Assembly (NCBI GenBank): GCA_964473825.1
Contig: CAYYQL010000005.1
Location: 1 to 64,000 of the forward strand
Reading direction: 5' to 3'
DNA: 64,000 bases
DNA from: an uncultured archaeon
GTDB lineage: Archaea; Asgardarchaeota; Thorarchaeia; Thorarchaeales; Thorarchaeaceae
Shown here: positions 29,232-39,461 of the stretch, in pieces
Layout of the letters: each line of letters starts with the position of its first letter
How positions within the stretch are numbered: the first letter of the stretch is position 1
The notes under the pieces: generated by a model
Database searches by the model: none
What the model saw: the letters and a program-made list of their open reading frames with translations, nothing else
Told to the model about the DNA's origin: nothing
Program-made: the position numbers and the translations under genes

Positions 29232-30038
29232 ATGCAAATAGAAGCGTTGCCATTCTACATCACCATGGGACTGTTCTTCATCGGGTTTCTCGTTATCTTG
29301 CTGATTGCGATGTCTGTTCGGATTGTTAAGGAGTACGAGCGCGCAGTAATATTCCGTATGGGGAGATTCGTTGGAGTAAAGGGACCAGGGCTGTTCATGA
29401 TCATACCCGGACTGGACAAACTGCAGGTAGTAGACCTGCGCACAGTGACATACGACGCACGCACAATCAAAGTGATCACAAAAGACAACATCAGATGTGA
29501 TGTGGACTCATTCGTCTTCTATCGAGTGGTGGACCCGCAGCTTGCTGTACTGGAGATTGAGAACTACATCTCTGCGATCCGGAATCTAGCCAAGACTGTT
29601 CTACGAGACGTCCTCGGAACAGTGGACTTGGACGATCTCCTGACCCGCACACAGGACTTGACACTCAGAATCCAGGAGGAAATCGATGAGAAGACAGACC
29701 ACTGGGGAATCAAAGTGAGCGATGTGGCAATCAGTGATGTCATTCTACCCACAGAGATGCAGCGAGCCATAGCAAAGCAGGCCGAGGCTGAGCGGGAACG
29801 TCGAGCGCGAATCATCATCGCCGAGGGAGAGTACATGGCCGCGGAGAAGATGGTCAAGGCTGCAGAGATGTACGCCGCAAGCCCAATCACTCTGAAGATC
29901 CGCGAGTTACAGACTCTTCAAGAGATTGCGCGAGAGAAGAACTTGGTTGTGGTAACTACCACCGGGAACGCCGAAGAGATTGGACGCATGTTCGCCGTAG
30001 CCGAGGCGGCAAAGAGACAGAAAAGGAACGCGGACTAG
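29232..30038 (+). CDS. SPFH/stomatin (band 7) protein
   Basis: VRIVKEYERAVIFRMGR..G.KGPGL, WGIKV, AKQAEAERERRA. Confidence 0.93.
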   Translation: MQIEALPFYITMGLFFIGFLVILLIAMSVRIVKEYERAVIFRMGRFVGVKGPGLFMIIPGLDKLQVVDLRTVTYDARTIKVITKDNIRCDVDSFVFYRVVDPQLAVLEIENYISAIRNLAKTVLRDVLGTVDLDDLLTRTQDLTLRIQEEIDEKTDHWGIKVSDVAISDVILPTEMQRAIAKQAEAERERRARIIIAEGEYMAAEKMVKAAEMYAASPITLKIRELQTLQEIAREKNLVVVTTTGNAEEIGRMFAVAEAAKRQKRNAD

Positions 30039-30055
30039 GAAGGAGGAGAAAACAG

Positions 30056-30550
30056 ATGCAAGTGCTTGGAATCGGGTGGGCCTTCATGGCAATCACACTC
30101 ATAGCGCTGGGCTTGGCGTTAGTGGTCGCAGAGCTGGTATCAGAAGAGGCAGAGTGCTTCGGGCCAGCTGCGGTCTTCTTCCTGATTACTGGAACAGCTC
30201 TATGGTTCATGGTGACACCCCTGGTCTGGCCCACCCCACCGGCATGGCTGTCAGGACTGTCTCTAGTGCTTGTAGCCGTGACAGCAATCTTCTCGTGCTT
30301 CTCGTTGTTCCTGCTGTACAAGATCTCAAAAGTGAAGCAACAACCACCCATGAACCTTGACTTCATCGGCGGCGTTGGCCGGACGATGGACCGGCTGGGA
30401 CCAGGAGAAGAGGGGTATGTGCACTACCGCGGAGAGTATTGGCGGGCAAAGACCACGGGACCGGTCATCGAGGCAGGTCAACGTGTGAGAATTCATGGAA
30501 AGAGTGGGCTGGTCCTGCTCGTCGAGCCCGAGTTGAACCCCGGAAACTGA
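30056..30550 (+). CDS. NfeD-like (short) membrane protein
   Basis: 3 TM plus OB-like tail G.V...GEYWRA.....IEAGQRVRI....GLVLLVEP; follows stomatin. Confidence 0.88.
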   Translation: MQVLGIGWAFMAITLIALGLALVVAELVSEEAECFGPAAVFFLITGTALWFMVTPLVWPTPPAWLSGLSLVLVAVTAIFSCFSLFLLYKISKVKQQPPMNLDFIGGVGRTMDRLGPGEEGYVHYRGEYWRAKTTGPVIEAGQRVRIHGKSGLVLLVEPELNPGN

Positions 30551-30566
30551 CACCTTGTCTTGAATG

Positions 30567-30606
30567 AGCCCCTAGTGCATCGGTCATTCTGCTGGGCACA
30601 GGGGCT
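30567..30606 (+). terminator. Inverted repeat downstream of nfeD
   Basis: AGCCCCT(A)GTGC...GCACAGGGGCT stem; no U-tract, so terminator function is unproven. Confidence 0.3.
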
Positions 30607-30664
30607 ATGAACCTTAGATGACTGACAATCTGTGGATTGAATGCCAGAATACTTAACGAGAGGC

Positions 30665-30682
30665 TTAGAACACGTGTTCAAA
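30665..30682. repeat. 18-bp palindrome copy 1 (TTAGAACACGTGTTCAAA)
   Basis: One mismatch to the perfect palindrome at 46778-46795. Confidence 0.7.
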
Positions 30683-30787
30683 ACAATATGTTCTTGCTAG
30701 TGATTCTGAGAAGTGAAGTCAGAGAAGCCTTTATAGGAAATATCAGGTGGCTCTATCTGAACAAGCAGTCTGTCCTAGGAGCGATAC

Positions 30788-31708
30788 GTGAAAATGACAC
30801 GCAAGACAGTCGAAATCGGAGGCAAGATCGTTGGGAATGAGCATCCAGTCTTCATAGTTGGAGAGATAGGTATTAATCACAACGGTATTCTGGAGAATGC
30901 CAAGAAACTCATCGATGTTGGAGTCTTCGCGGGGTGTGATGCAGTCAAGTTCCAGAAGAGGAACCCGGATGTTGCGGTACCAGAGCATCAGAAACAGAAG
31001 CCTAGAAACACTCCTTGGGGCGAGATGCCCTACATCGAATATAAGAGGCGCATCGAGTTCGAAGAAGACGAATACAAGGTTATCGACAACTATGCAAAGC
31101 AGAAGGAAATCCAGTGGTATGCTTCGCCCTGGGACGAGGATTCTGTGGACTTTCTTGAGATGTTTGATATGCCCTGCTACAAGATGGCATCTGCTGCGCT
31201 GACTGACCATTCCCTGCTGAAGAAAGTGAGAAACCTGGGTAAGCCAGTAATCCTATCAACAGGAATGTCTACTGCGAAACAGATTGAGCAGGCTGTGGAC
31301 GTCATGGGTGGAACAGACGACATCGTTATACTCCACTGTAACAGCAGCTATCCTGCACGCAACGATGAACTGAATCTCCGTACAATAACAACGCTTCGAG
31401 AAAGATACGACTGTCCAATCGGATATTCTGGCCACGAGACAGGCTTGCAGACAACCTATGCCGCAGTGGCACTCGGCGCGTCTATGGTGGAGAGGCATAT
31501 AACGCTGGATAGGGCCATGTGGGGTACAGACCAAGCTGCATCAGTAGAACCCTTTGGACTCTTGCGACTTGTCAGGGATATCAGAGTCATAGAGGAAGCG
31601 CTGGGGGACGGAGAGATACGAGTCTATGAGAGCGAGATGCCGATCATGGAGAAACTTCGAGTCGTTGACGACACAAAGACCAAGCACTTCAGCAAAGGAG
31701 AGAAGTAA
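30788..31708 (+). CDS. neuB: N-acetylneuraminate/nonulosonate synthase (NeuB family, no SAF domain)
   Basis: GEIGINHNG, AVKFQKR, ILSTGMS, HCNSSYP, GYSGHE, ERHITLDR. Confidence 0.92.
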   Translation: MKMTRKTVEIGGKIVGNEHPVFIVGEIGINHNGILENAKKLIDVGVFAGCDAVKFQKRNPDVAVPEHQKQKPRNTPWGEMPYIEYKRRIEFEEDEYKVIDNYAKQKEIQWYASPWDEDSVDFLEMFDMPCYKMASAALTDHSLLKKVRNLGKPVILSTGMSTAKQIEQAVDVMGGTDDIVILHCNSSYPARNDELNLRTITTLRERYDCPIGYSGHETGLQTTYAAVALGASMVERHITLDRAMWGTDQAASVEPFGLLRLVRDIRVIEEALGDGEIRVYESEMPIMEKLRVVDDTKTKHFSKGEK

Positions 31709-31759
31709 TTGCCTTATCCTCGGATGGGTGACTAGTGACGATAGTGCCGTGATGTTCCG

Positions 31760-32941
31760 ATGATTGATGGAAAGAAAATAGTGGCCCTGGTGCCACTCCG
31801 TGGTGGTTCAAAGTCAATCCCTCGAAAGAACATCAAGGAAATCGCAGGCAAGCCATTGTGCCAGTGGATTCTTGAAGCATTGCTTCAGATAGACAACATC
31901 GATGGTGTCTATGTCTCAACTGAGGACAGCGAGATAGCTCAAGTAGTTCGCTCAATCTCCCCCGAGATCACTATCATTGAGCGACCCGAGGAGCTGGCGA
32001 CCGATGACGCATCGACGGAGAGTGTCATGCTTCATCTTGCGGAAAAGATTGAGTTTGACGTTCTCATTACGGCACAGGCAACATCTCCGTTGACCAAGCC
32101 GCAGGACATTCGAAGAGGTATTGAGGTCTTCTTTGAAGGGGGATATGATTCACTTCTCACCGGCGTTCGAGTCAAGAGGTTCTACTGGAAACTGGAGAAG
32201 GGTGATGTATCACCTATTAACTACGACTACAAGCAGCGTCCCCGTAGACAGGACTCTGAGGGCTGGATAATGGAGAATGGTGCATTCTATGTTACCTCCC
32301 TACCTATCCTACTGAGGGAGGAATCGCGACTAGGAGGAAGAATCGGTATCCTAGAGATGGATGAGAGCACCAGTATCGAAATAGATGAGTCTGGCGACTG
32401 GAGAATCGTTGAGTCGTTGCTCATTGAGCGCAAACGGCTCAATCTACTGGAGAATCTCCCCGACATCAAGCTCCTCGTCATTGATGTGGACGGAACCCTG
32501 ACTGATGCTGGAATGTACTATTCACATGATGGTGAGCTCCTGAAGAAGTTCAACACCCGGGACGCGAAAGGACTGGAACTGGTTCGGAAGAAGGGGATAG
32601 TCGTGGCTATCATGACATCTGAGGACTCAGACATTGTGAGAGCTCGAGCGGAAAAGATGGGTCTTGAACACGTACTTTGTGGCATAGAGGACAAGATGGC
32701 AGCCTTAGAGAAACTATGCAGAGAACTTGACATCGATCTCCCAGAAACCGCATTCATAGGGGATGACCTCAACGATTTGGCATGCATAGGAGCCGTAGGA
32801 CTAGGAGCGTGTCCTGCAGATGCCCTTGACGAAGTCAAGAATAGCGCAGTCTACTTATGCAGACGCAACGGAGGAAGTGGGGCAGTCAGAGAGCTTTGTG
32901 AATTGCTGCTCGAAACCCGACGAAACAGTCGGCGAGAATAG
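31760..32941 (+). CDS. neuA: CMP-nonulosonate synthetase fused to KdsC-like HAD phosphatase
   Basis: PLRGGSKSIPRKN, QATSP, PRRQD, ENGAFY; then DVDGTLTD, FNTRD, FIGDDLND, GG.GAVRE. Confidence 0.9.
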   Translation: MIDGKKIVALVPLRGGSKSIPRKNIKEIAGKPLCQWILEALLQIDNIDGVYVSTEDSEIAQVVRSISPEITIIERPEELATDDASTESVMLHLAEKIEFDVLITAQATSPLTKPQDIRRGIEVFFEGGYDSLLTGVRVKRFYWKLEKGDVSPINYDYKQRPRRQDSEGWIMENGAFYVTSLPILLREESRLGGRIGILEMDESTSIEIDESGDWRIVESLLIERKRLNLLENLPDIKLLVIDVDGTLTDAGMYYSHDGELLKKFNTRDAKGLELVRKKGIVVAIMTSEDSDIVRARAEKMGLEHVLCGIEDKMAALEKLCRELDIDLPETAFIGDDLNDLACIGAVGLGACPADALDEVKNSAVYLCRRNGGSGAVRELCELLLETRRNSRRE

Positions 32942-32978
32942 CCTACCCCCCGCCGACCTCAAGAGATAGGATTGCAGT

Positions 32979-33377
32979 TCATGTCCTTCTGGAAAACAGG
33001 ATGCAAATCGCCGCCAACAGGACTACAAAAGTGCCTGCTGCCGCAGCTATTAGAACCCAGTCAAAGTCTGTAGGCGGCGCGGTAGCAGGAACAGCAGTGA
33101 CAGTAACCCGCACCGTGTCGCTTGCACTGCCACCAAATGTGTCTTCCACCGTCAGTGCATACTCGTAGGTCCCCACAGACAGGCTATCCACACTTAGAAC
33201 AATCTGAGAACCGTTCCATTCGTTTGACTCAATGAGCGTGCCATTTCTGTACACCACATAGTACAGAGGGAAGCTCGCAGTGGCATTCCAAGTGATTTCA
33301 TGTCCTATCGTTCCCTCGTCATACGTGAGATCCTCTGGGCTATCCAGGGTCGGATGTACGGGTTGCATGTGGAACAA
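32979..33377 (-). pseudogene. 5'-truncated surface protein: one Ig-like repeat plus TM anchor
   Basis: PTLDSPEDLTYDEGTIGHEITW...DTVRVTV is the same repeat family as the 2194-aa protein; no signal peptide; in-frame stop just upstream. Confidence 0.7.
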
Positions 33378-33404
33378 GGGCTTCGGTCACTTCCATGACA
33401 TATC

Positions 33405-33909
33405 TTGGAATACGTGTTCTAAATCATCATCCAGTTGTCTTAAGAAGGAGTGAGAAGGACACTAATCAGAGGTAGTTGATGTTGAACAAGAGATCGGATG
33501 CATCAGCCTACGGCGGCAAGAGCTGGTCGCCAAGAACACAATCGTTCAGGCAAGAGATAGGCACTGTATGGAGACCGTGCGGCATTGACTCAGAATGGAA
33601 TGATCTCAAGACCGTTCTCCTTCATCGGCCTGGGAGAGAGCTGGAAGAGATTGTGGATGCTGATGCCGTCCAGATGATCGATATCCCGGACGGGGACTTG
33701 CTTGAGAAACAGCACAATGCCATGGCCCAAGCATATCGCAACGTCGGTGTGGGTGTCCTGTATGTCGAACCCTCGGAAGTACCCCCACCCAACCTGATGT
33801 TTGTGGCCGACCTCATGTTCATGACACCTGAGGGGGGCATCTTGGGGAGACCTGCCTCCACTGTGCGGGCGGGAGAGGAGAGGTATGTCGCAGCTCGTCT
33901 TGCTGCACT
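33405..33909 (+). repeat. Direct repeat of 46778-47282 (palindrome, leader and 5' half of amidinotransferase gene)
   Basis: Constant offset 13373; identical from ~33426 to 33648, then patchy; begins at palindrome variant TTGGAATACGTGTTCTAA. Confidence 0.9.
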
Positions 33910-33973
33910 ATGGCCGTGCCTTTTAAATTATTCATCAGAGAGCCACTATTCCTGTCTTCTGAATTCGAGATAA
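33476..33973 (+). pseudogene. 3'-truncated amidinotransferase/arginine deiminase-family copy
   Basis: Homology to the 46852-47802 product ends at ...ARLAAL; lacks the catalytic C-terminal GGxxC. Confidence 0.85.
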
Positions 33974-34155
33974 ATGCCGTTTTCTTCACTGCGCTCGGTC
34001 CTCTCTTGGGTTTCGATTGAGAAACATGTAGGCTAACTGAAGCAGGCGAGCAAGGAGGCTTTTGAGCTATATAGCCCTGCTTGAGCTGCAGTGTGTAGGC
34101 ACCAAGACAATAGCGACATTCATATACTGCAGCTAGCAAGCGACCCCTGAGCAAT

Positions 34156-36141
34156 ATGTCCGGAATCCCAGATACATCTTCGATAATGAAGTTGGCGAAG
34201 AGCAGGTACAAACTCATTGTGGCAGTCCTAATCCTACTTGCAGACCTTGCGCCATACTACATCTTTGGACATGATATGCATATCGGGCTTCATGATACCT
34301 ATGATAGTATCGTTATCTGGTATGAAGTCTTGGCTAAGAGTGGGATGCTATTTGCACCAAATGATGCCATAGTTCCGGGAATCATGAATGGTCTCCCCAG
34401 AATATGTTTCGGCACGGAGTTCTACGGGTATCTTTGGCTCTTCATATTCCTTGACCCGTACTGGGCCAGCGTGGTCAACATCACACTAGCCTATTTCATT
34501 GGGTTCGCAGGTATGTACCTACTACTGAAGAAGCACTTCCTGACAGACTCCAAACATGATCTCATAGTCATTGGATCCGCTCTGTGCTTTGGCCTCTTGC
34601 AGTTCAGGCCGACAGGCGGTCTCGGGCTTTCCATGCCAACACTTCCCCTTGCCCTCTATGCGTTTCTAAACATAAGGAATGGAGAGGCAAGGAAGAGGGA
34701 CTGGGCCCTGCTTCTTCTGATTCCCTTCAATGCTTCGCTAGTCTATGCCTATGCATTCCTTCTCTCTCTCGTGGGACTTCTATGGCTGGTTGATATCATT
34801 CGCACCAAGACAGTAAACAGAGAGTTCACTGGCTCTCTTTTCCTCATGGGAAGTGTCTTCCTACTCGTAGAATATAGACTTGTGACGGGAATGCTCTTAG
34901 GCTCGGACTTTGTTTCGCACCGCACTATCTTCGATCCTGCATCCTATTCCATACTGGAGTCTCTGGAAAAGAGTGCAGAGATGTTCTTCTTGGGACAGTA
35001 CCACGCCATCTCACTCCATGGCGTTGGGGTCCTCCTCACCGTTGTACTTGCACTTGGACTCGTAGCCTCTTACAAGAAACGAAATCTTCAGAAACCCTTC
35101 ATGGCCATTGGGATTCTTGCTGCTGTAGTGGCGGGTTTTGCAATGCTTGTCTGGTATCCAACTTCCATTATTCCAATGACACGTTATGCTCTGGCACTTC
35201 TACCTCAACAAGTTCACCTCCCACTGGTATTCATTGGGGTGGTTGTGACCGCGGCTGTCCTCGTTCAGGTGCTCTGGTCCTTCTTCTCGGACCCAGATAC
35301 GCAGGAGGAGAATGGTTTCCAGCACCGCAGGCTCGTGCAAGCAATGGTGACTATCTTGGCAATCTGTGTAGTCATTGCGTTGTGGGCGGGACTGTGGGAC
35401 TGGGAGCTTTGGACCCCTCTCAAGAACGAATATGTGGTTCTCAAAGTATTCACATTCCACAGGTTCTATAGGCTGTTTCCGATGCTATGGTACATCATAT
35501 TCGCACTTGCATTGGCAATAATCCAGAGAGGTCCTTCATTCCGAAGCATACCAACAGACAAGATACTGGTATTGGCGCTCATCGGCCTGCAGGTAGGAGT
35601 CATAATGCCCTACAACTGGGCCATGGTCTCAAGAGGGGTGGGGAATCAAGATGTGCAAGTATCGTACCGAGAGTTCTATGCGGAAGATCTGTTTGCAGAG
35701 ATCAAACAGGACATTGGATTGAGTCAGGAAGACTATAGAGTCATCAACATCGGCATGCATCCCGCTCTGGCCCAGCATAGTGGGTTCCATACGCTTGATG
35801 GATATCTCAACAACTATCCCTTAGAATATAAACTGCAATTCAGGAACATCATCGCCTACGAACTGGCCAAGAACGAGGAGCTAGAGAGTTACTATGACGG
35901 TTGGGGTAGCCGCTGCTACACATTCGTTGCAGAACTGGACAAGTATCTCCTCTATACCAAGTCTAAGAGCAGTCCCCTCGAGAACCTAGAACTGAATGTC
36001 ACAGCCCTGTACGAGATGAACTGCTCATATGTGTTCTCTGCAGTTGAGATTCCGAATCCAGAAGATAGCAATCTGACGCTTTTCAATGACTACGTAACCC
36101 CGGAATCAGTGTGGCATATCTTTGTCTACGAGGTCGTCTAG
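34156..36141 (+). CDS. DUF6044/YkoS-like polytopic membrane protein (putative GT-C glycosyltransferase)
   Basis: HDTYDS.V.WY.VLA.SG, MNGLPR, FYA..LF, GMHPA.AQ..GF.TLDGY.NNYPL.YK, WGSRCY; glycosylation context. Confidence 0.75.
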   Translation: MSGIPDTSSIMKLAKSRYKLIVAVLILLADLAPYYIFGHDMHIGLHDTYDSIVIWYEVLAKSGMLFAPNDAIVPGIMNGLPRICFGTEFYGYLWLFIFLDPYWASVVNITLAYFIGFAGMYLLLKKHFLTDSKHDLIVIGSALCFGLLQFRPTGGLGLSMPTLPLALYAFLNIRNGEARKRDWALLLLIPFNASLVYAYAFLLSLVGLLWLVDIIRTKTVNREFTGSLFLMGSVFLLVEYRLVTGMLLGSDFVSHRTIFDPASYSILESLEKSAEMFFLGQYHAISLHGVGVLLTVVLALGLVASYKKRNLQKPFMAIGILAAVVAGFAMLVWYPTSIIPMTRYALALLPQQVHLPLVFIGVVVTAAVLVQVLWSFFSDPDTQEENGFQHRRLVQAMVTILAICVVIALWAGLWDWELWTPLKNEYVVLKVFTFHRFYRLFPMLWYIIFALALAIIQRGPSFRSIPTDKILVLALIGLQVGVIMPYNWAMVSRGVGNQDVQVSYREFYAEDLFAEIKQDIGLSQEDYRVINIGMHPALAQHSGFHTLDGYLNNYPLEYKLQFRNIIAYELAKNEELESYYDGWGSRCYTFVAELDKYLLYTKSKSSPLENLELNVTALYEMNCSYVFSAVEIPNPEDSNLTLFNDYVTPESVWHIFVYEVV

Positions 36142-36335
36142 CTTACGAACCAGATAGAGTCATTGAGGCATGCTGGATTGCATAGTGCATGACGATGAGC
36201 AACCTGCAGGCTAACACTGAGAGGGCCCACCGAATATCAGGGCCAAGACTAAAAAGCGACATCAGGGGTGAATAAGGCAGCTCCACATAAGGAATGGGCT
36301 ACTTAGAATACCCAAAGCATGAGAGAGTACTCACT

Positions 36336-37295
36336 ATGGCTGATGACAGAATTCTGATAACAGGGGCAGCTGGTTTCATCGGTGGACATCTTTGCGAGTG
36401 TCTGCTCGAGGATGGGTGCAGCTTGGTAGGCGTAGATAATCTCAACGACTACTACAACCCAGCCATCAAGGAGGATACTATCAGTCGCCTTATGGCCCAT
36501 GAAAGCTTTGAATTCTTCCGTGTGGATATCCGAAACATTGATGCGTTGGAATCAGTCTTCTCCGACCACGCGTTCGGGACAGTGGTCCACCTCGCTGCCA
36601 TGGCAGGCGTCAGAAGCAGTATCGAGAATCCGAAACTGTATCTAGATGTCAATGTCATAGGTACTGAAAATGTCCTGCAACAGTCTGTTGACCATGGTGT
36701 TTCTAACGTCATCTTTTCCTCGTCATCATCCGTCTACGGCAATCGTCAGGAGGTTCCGTTTCGGGAGGAAGATAGAACTGATACGCCGGTCTCTCCATAT
36801 GCGGCCTCTAAGAAGGCGGGAGAGGTACTTGCTTTCTCTTATCACTCACTCTACAATATACCAGTAACGTGCCTTAGATTCTTCACCGTCTATGGCCCGC
36901 GTGGACGCCCGGATATGGCTCCTTTCATCTTCATCGATAGAATCTCCCGTGGAGTTCCCATCAAACAGTATGGTGATGGAACAAGCCAGCGGGACTACAC
37001 CTACGTGAGCGACATTGTGAAGGGTATCGTGGGGGCCATTGAGAGGCCTAAGCCCTATGAGATATACAACCTCGGCAATTCCGAGCCCGTTGAGCTCTCC
37101 GATTTCATCCAGATAATTGAAGAGAGCGTAGGAAAGAGGGCGAAGATCGAAGTCGCCGGGGACCAACCGGGCGATGTCCAGAAAACATTTGCAGATATCT
37201 CGAAGGCACGTCAGGATCTCGGTTATGATCCGGCGGTCTCCCTCAAAGAGGGGATAGCCAGAACAGTCGATTGGTATAACCGCGCACATGGATGA
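36336..37295 (+). CDS. UDP-glucuronate 4-epimerase-like SDR
   Basis: TGAAGFIG, HLAAMAGVR.S, SSSSVYG, YAASKK, LRFFTVYGPRGRPDMA. Confidence 0.9.
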   Translation: MADDRILITGAAGFIGGHLCECLLEDGCSLVGVDNLNDYYNPAIKEDTISRLMAHESFEFFRVDIRNIDALESVFSDHAFGTVVHLAAMAGVRSSIENPKLYLDVNVIGTENVLQQSVDHGVSNVIFSSSSSVYGNRQEVPFREEDRTDTPVSPYAASKKAGEVLAFSYHSLYNIPVTCLRFFTVYGPRGRPDMAPFIFIDRISRGVPIKQYGDGTSQRDYTYVSDIVKGIVGAIERPKPYEIYNLGNSEPVELSDFIQIIEESVGKRAKIEVAGDQPGDVQKTFADISKARQDLGYDPAVSLKEGIARTVDWYNRAHG

Positions 37296-37303
37296 GAGGA
37301 AAC

Positions 37304-38362
37304 TCATCGAGCATTCTTGGTTATTGCCACAACGAAGCTGGGGGAGAGCAGTGCAGTTTCCCAAGGGCGTGTGGTCCGAAGTCTTTTTCCCGCATATGGG
37401 AAGTATCCAAAAATATCGTAATCGATTGAATATGCAGCAGATTCGAGGATACTATCCAGATAGGAGTAACTGAAGAAATGCTTGTGGTCGGGATTCTGGA
37501 TCTTCTGGGGGGAAAAACCGAGCAGAGATGCAAGTCTGAACATCCAAGCATAGCTGTTGGGAGTTGTCAGGACCACGAAACCCCCATCCTTAGTCACCCG
37601 CAGGAAATCGTTCAATGACTTCAACGGATCGTCAAGATGCTCAATCACCTCGCTGCACCAGATCAGATCGAAATGCTGGTCGGGGAAGGGGAGTCTCTTG
37701 TTCGCATCAACTGTCAGCGCATCTTCGTATTCAGGCTCGATATCTATGGAGGTGACTTCATATCCGATGTGTTTGAGCCAACGACTCTGATGGCCCTCTC
37801 GACAACCGATGTCGAGCGCCTTTCCCAAGGAGTCAATGCCCTTTATTTCAGAGAGAATAGTACGCATGCCGATCACCTTGGCCATTGTATCGAAACGCAT
37901 TTCGCCTTGGCCCAGATCTATTGGGAGTCTTCGCAGGGCATGTCCTAAGGCCTTCATCATTGATGTATCACTGTCCGTCAGGCTGCTTCTCTGTTTGAAG
38001 GAGTACGCATTGTGAAGTACATATGTCCATATGAAGACAATGCCTACTGCCGCCACTTTTACAGCGAGATAATGCAAGAGGAGATACTCCACACCCACCC
38101 ACATCACAGCGTTGGTCAGCAGGAGACCAGAAACCGAAACAATGGTGAATCGGCCGAGTTGCTCCATCCAAATCCCCGGAGAGTCTTTGAAGACCCATTC
38201 TCGATTCAGAGCAAACTTCGACAGTAGTGCAATAAGGTAAGATAGAGTTGCAGAGAGGATATAGTAGATGCCGATGAAGTCTACCAGAAAATACAAGACT
38301 CCAATATCCAGCAGTGTGATGAAGATGGAAACTGCAAGGTATTTGCCAACCCGAATCATCAC
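37304..38362 (-). CDS. GtrA-like flippase fused to class I SAM methyltransferase
   Basis: 4-TM GtrA pattern (KFALNREWVF) then ALDIGCREG, LPFPDQHFDLI, EVIEHL, LTTPN. Confidence 0.8.
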   Translation of the reverse strand: MMIRVGKYLAVSIFITLLDIGVLYFLVDFIGIYYILSATLSYLIALLSKFALNREWVFKDSPGIWMEQLGRFTIVSVSGLLLTNAVMWVGVEYLLLHYLAVKVAAVGIVFIWTYVLHNAYSFKQRSSLTDSDTSMMKALGHALRRLPIDLGQGEMRFDTMAKVIGMRTILSEIKGIDSLGKALDIGCREGHQSRWLKHIGYEVTSIDIEPEYEDALTVDANKRLPFPDQHFDLIWCSEVIEHLDDPLKSLNDFLRVTKDGGFVVLTTPNSYAWMFRLASLLGFSPQKIQNPDHKHFFSYSYLDSILESAAYSIDYDIFGYFPYAGKRLRTTRPWETALLSPSFVVAITKNAR

Positions 38363-38386
38363 TAACTCGCTCCGAAGAGTGCCAAT

Positions 38387-39343
38387 CTAGTCACCGACGA
38401 CTTCCGCAACCACATATGGTTTCATGGCGACGGTCTCATAGTATACTCTGGAGATGTATTCGGCAAGCACCCCCAGACTGAACATCTGTATTCCCAGAAT
38501 GATCATGATAAGGGCCAGTGTGAAGAGCGGTCTATCCTCCAGAGGAGAATTGAAGAGGATACGTTCAATCCCAAGCCAGAAACTAATGAGACTGCCGGGT
38601 ACAGCAAGAAGAGCTCCAAGTGTGCCGAAGAGGTGCAAGGGGCTGGCAGAATAACGATACCAGAAAGTGACAAACATGAGATCTAGGCCACCCTTCACTA
38701 GACGTTTGGCTCCGTACTTTGTTTCTCCACCGCCTCGCTTCCTGTGAGTGACCTTAACCTCTCCAACATCGGATCCTCTCCAATTCAGCAGGGCTGGGAT
38801 ATATCGATGCATCTCCCCCTGTAATTTCAAGTCTCTTGCAACGTCGCTCTTATACACTCTCAGAGAACAGCCTGAGTCATGGATTGTCTCGCCAAGAAGG
38901 CGGCGCCGTAACCAGTTCGACATCCTTGAGAAGGTGCGCTTTGTGAACTTGTCCTCCCTCTTGTGCCGCCAACCACAGATAACGTCATATCCCTTTTCCA
39001 GTTCCTCAACCATCCGTGGAATGTTTGCGGGGTCATCCTGCATGTCACCATCCATAGTGACCAGAAGTCTGCCTTTGGCATGATCGAATCCAGCTTGCAT
39101 CGCGGCACTCTGACCGAAGTTCTTCTTCAGCTTCACCACCTTGATATCAGGCAGTGACTTGAGAATCTCTACGGTAGAATCTGTGGAACCATCGTCAACA
39201 AAAAGAATCTCGTAGGAAACGTCCATGGACTCAAGTACAGATCCAATCTCTTCACTGAGCGCTTTGACGTTCTCCTCTTCGTCATAGACAGGAACAACTA
39301 CAGAGAGATCCAACCCCGTTTCGTTCTCCAATTGTTTCACCAC
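38387..39343 (-). CDS. GT2 polyprenol-phosphate glycosyltransferase (GtrB/ArnC-like)
   Basis: SVVVPVYDEE, VDDGSTD, NFGQSAA, MDGDMQDDP, two C-terminal TMs. Confidence 0.92.
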   Translation of the reverse strand: MVKQLENETGLDLSVVVPVYDEEENVKALSEEIGSVLESMDVSYEILFVDDGSTDSTVEILKSLPDIKVVKLKKNFGQSAAMQAGFDHAKGRLLVTMDGDMQDDPANIPRMVEELEKGYDVICGWRHKREDKFTKRTFSRMSNWLRRRLLGETIHDSGCSLRVYKSDVARDLKLQGEMHRYIPALLNWRGSDVGEVKVTHRKRGGGETKYGAKRLVKGGLDLMFVTFWYRYSASPLHLFGTLGALLAVPGSLISFWLGIERILFNSPLEDRPLFTLALIMIILGIQMFSLGVLAEYISRVYYETVAMKPYVVAEVVGD

Positions 39344-39461
39344 ATAATACAGGATAGTTGGCTTGAGGCAACGACGTTTCGGTCTTCTCTCTACTCATAA
39401 GTCTTGCTGGCAAGATACACGGAGAAGACACTACGCTATCAATCGCTAGATGAGAACCAGG

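Noticed and set aside
29232-30550. Stomatin-NfeD pair as a novel system
   Set aside because: Well-known, widespread prokaryotic gene pair
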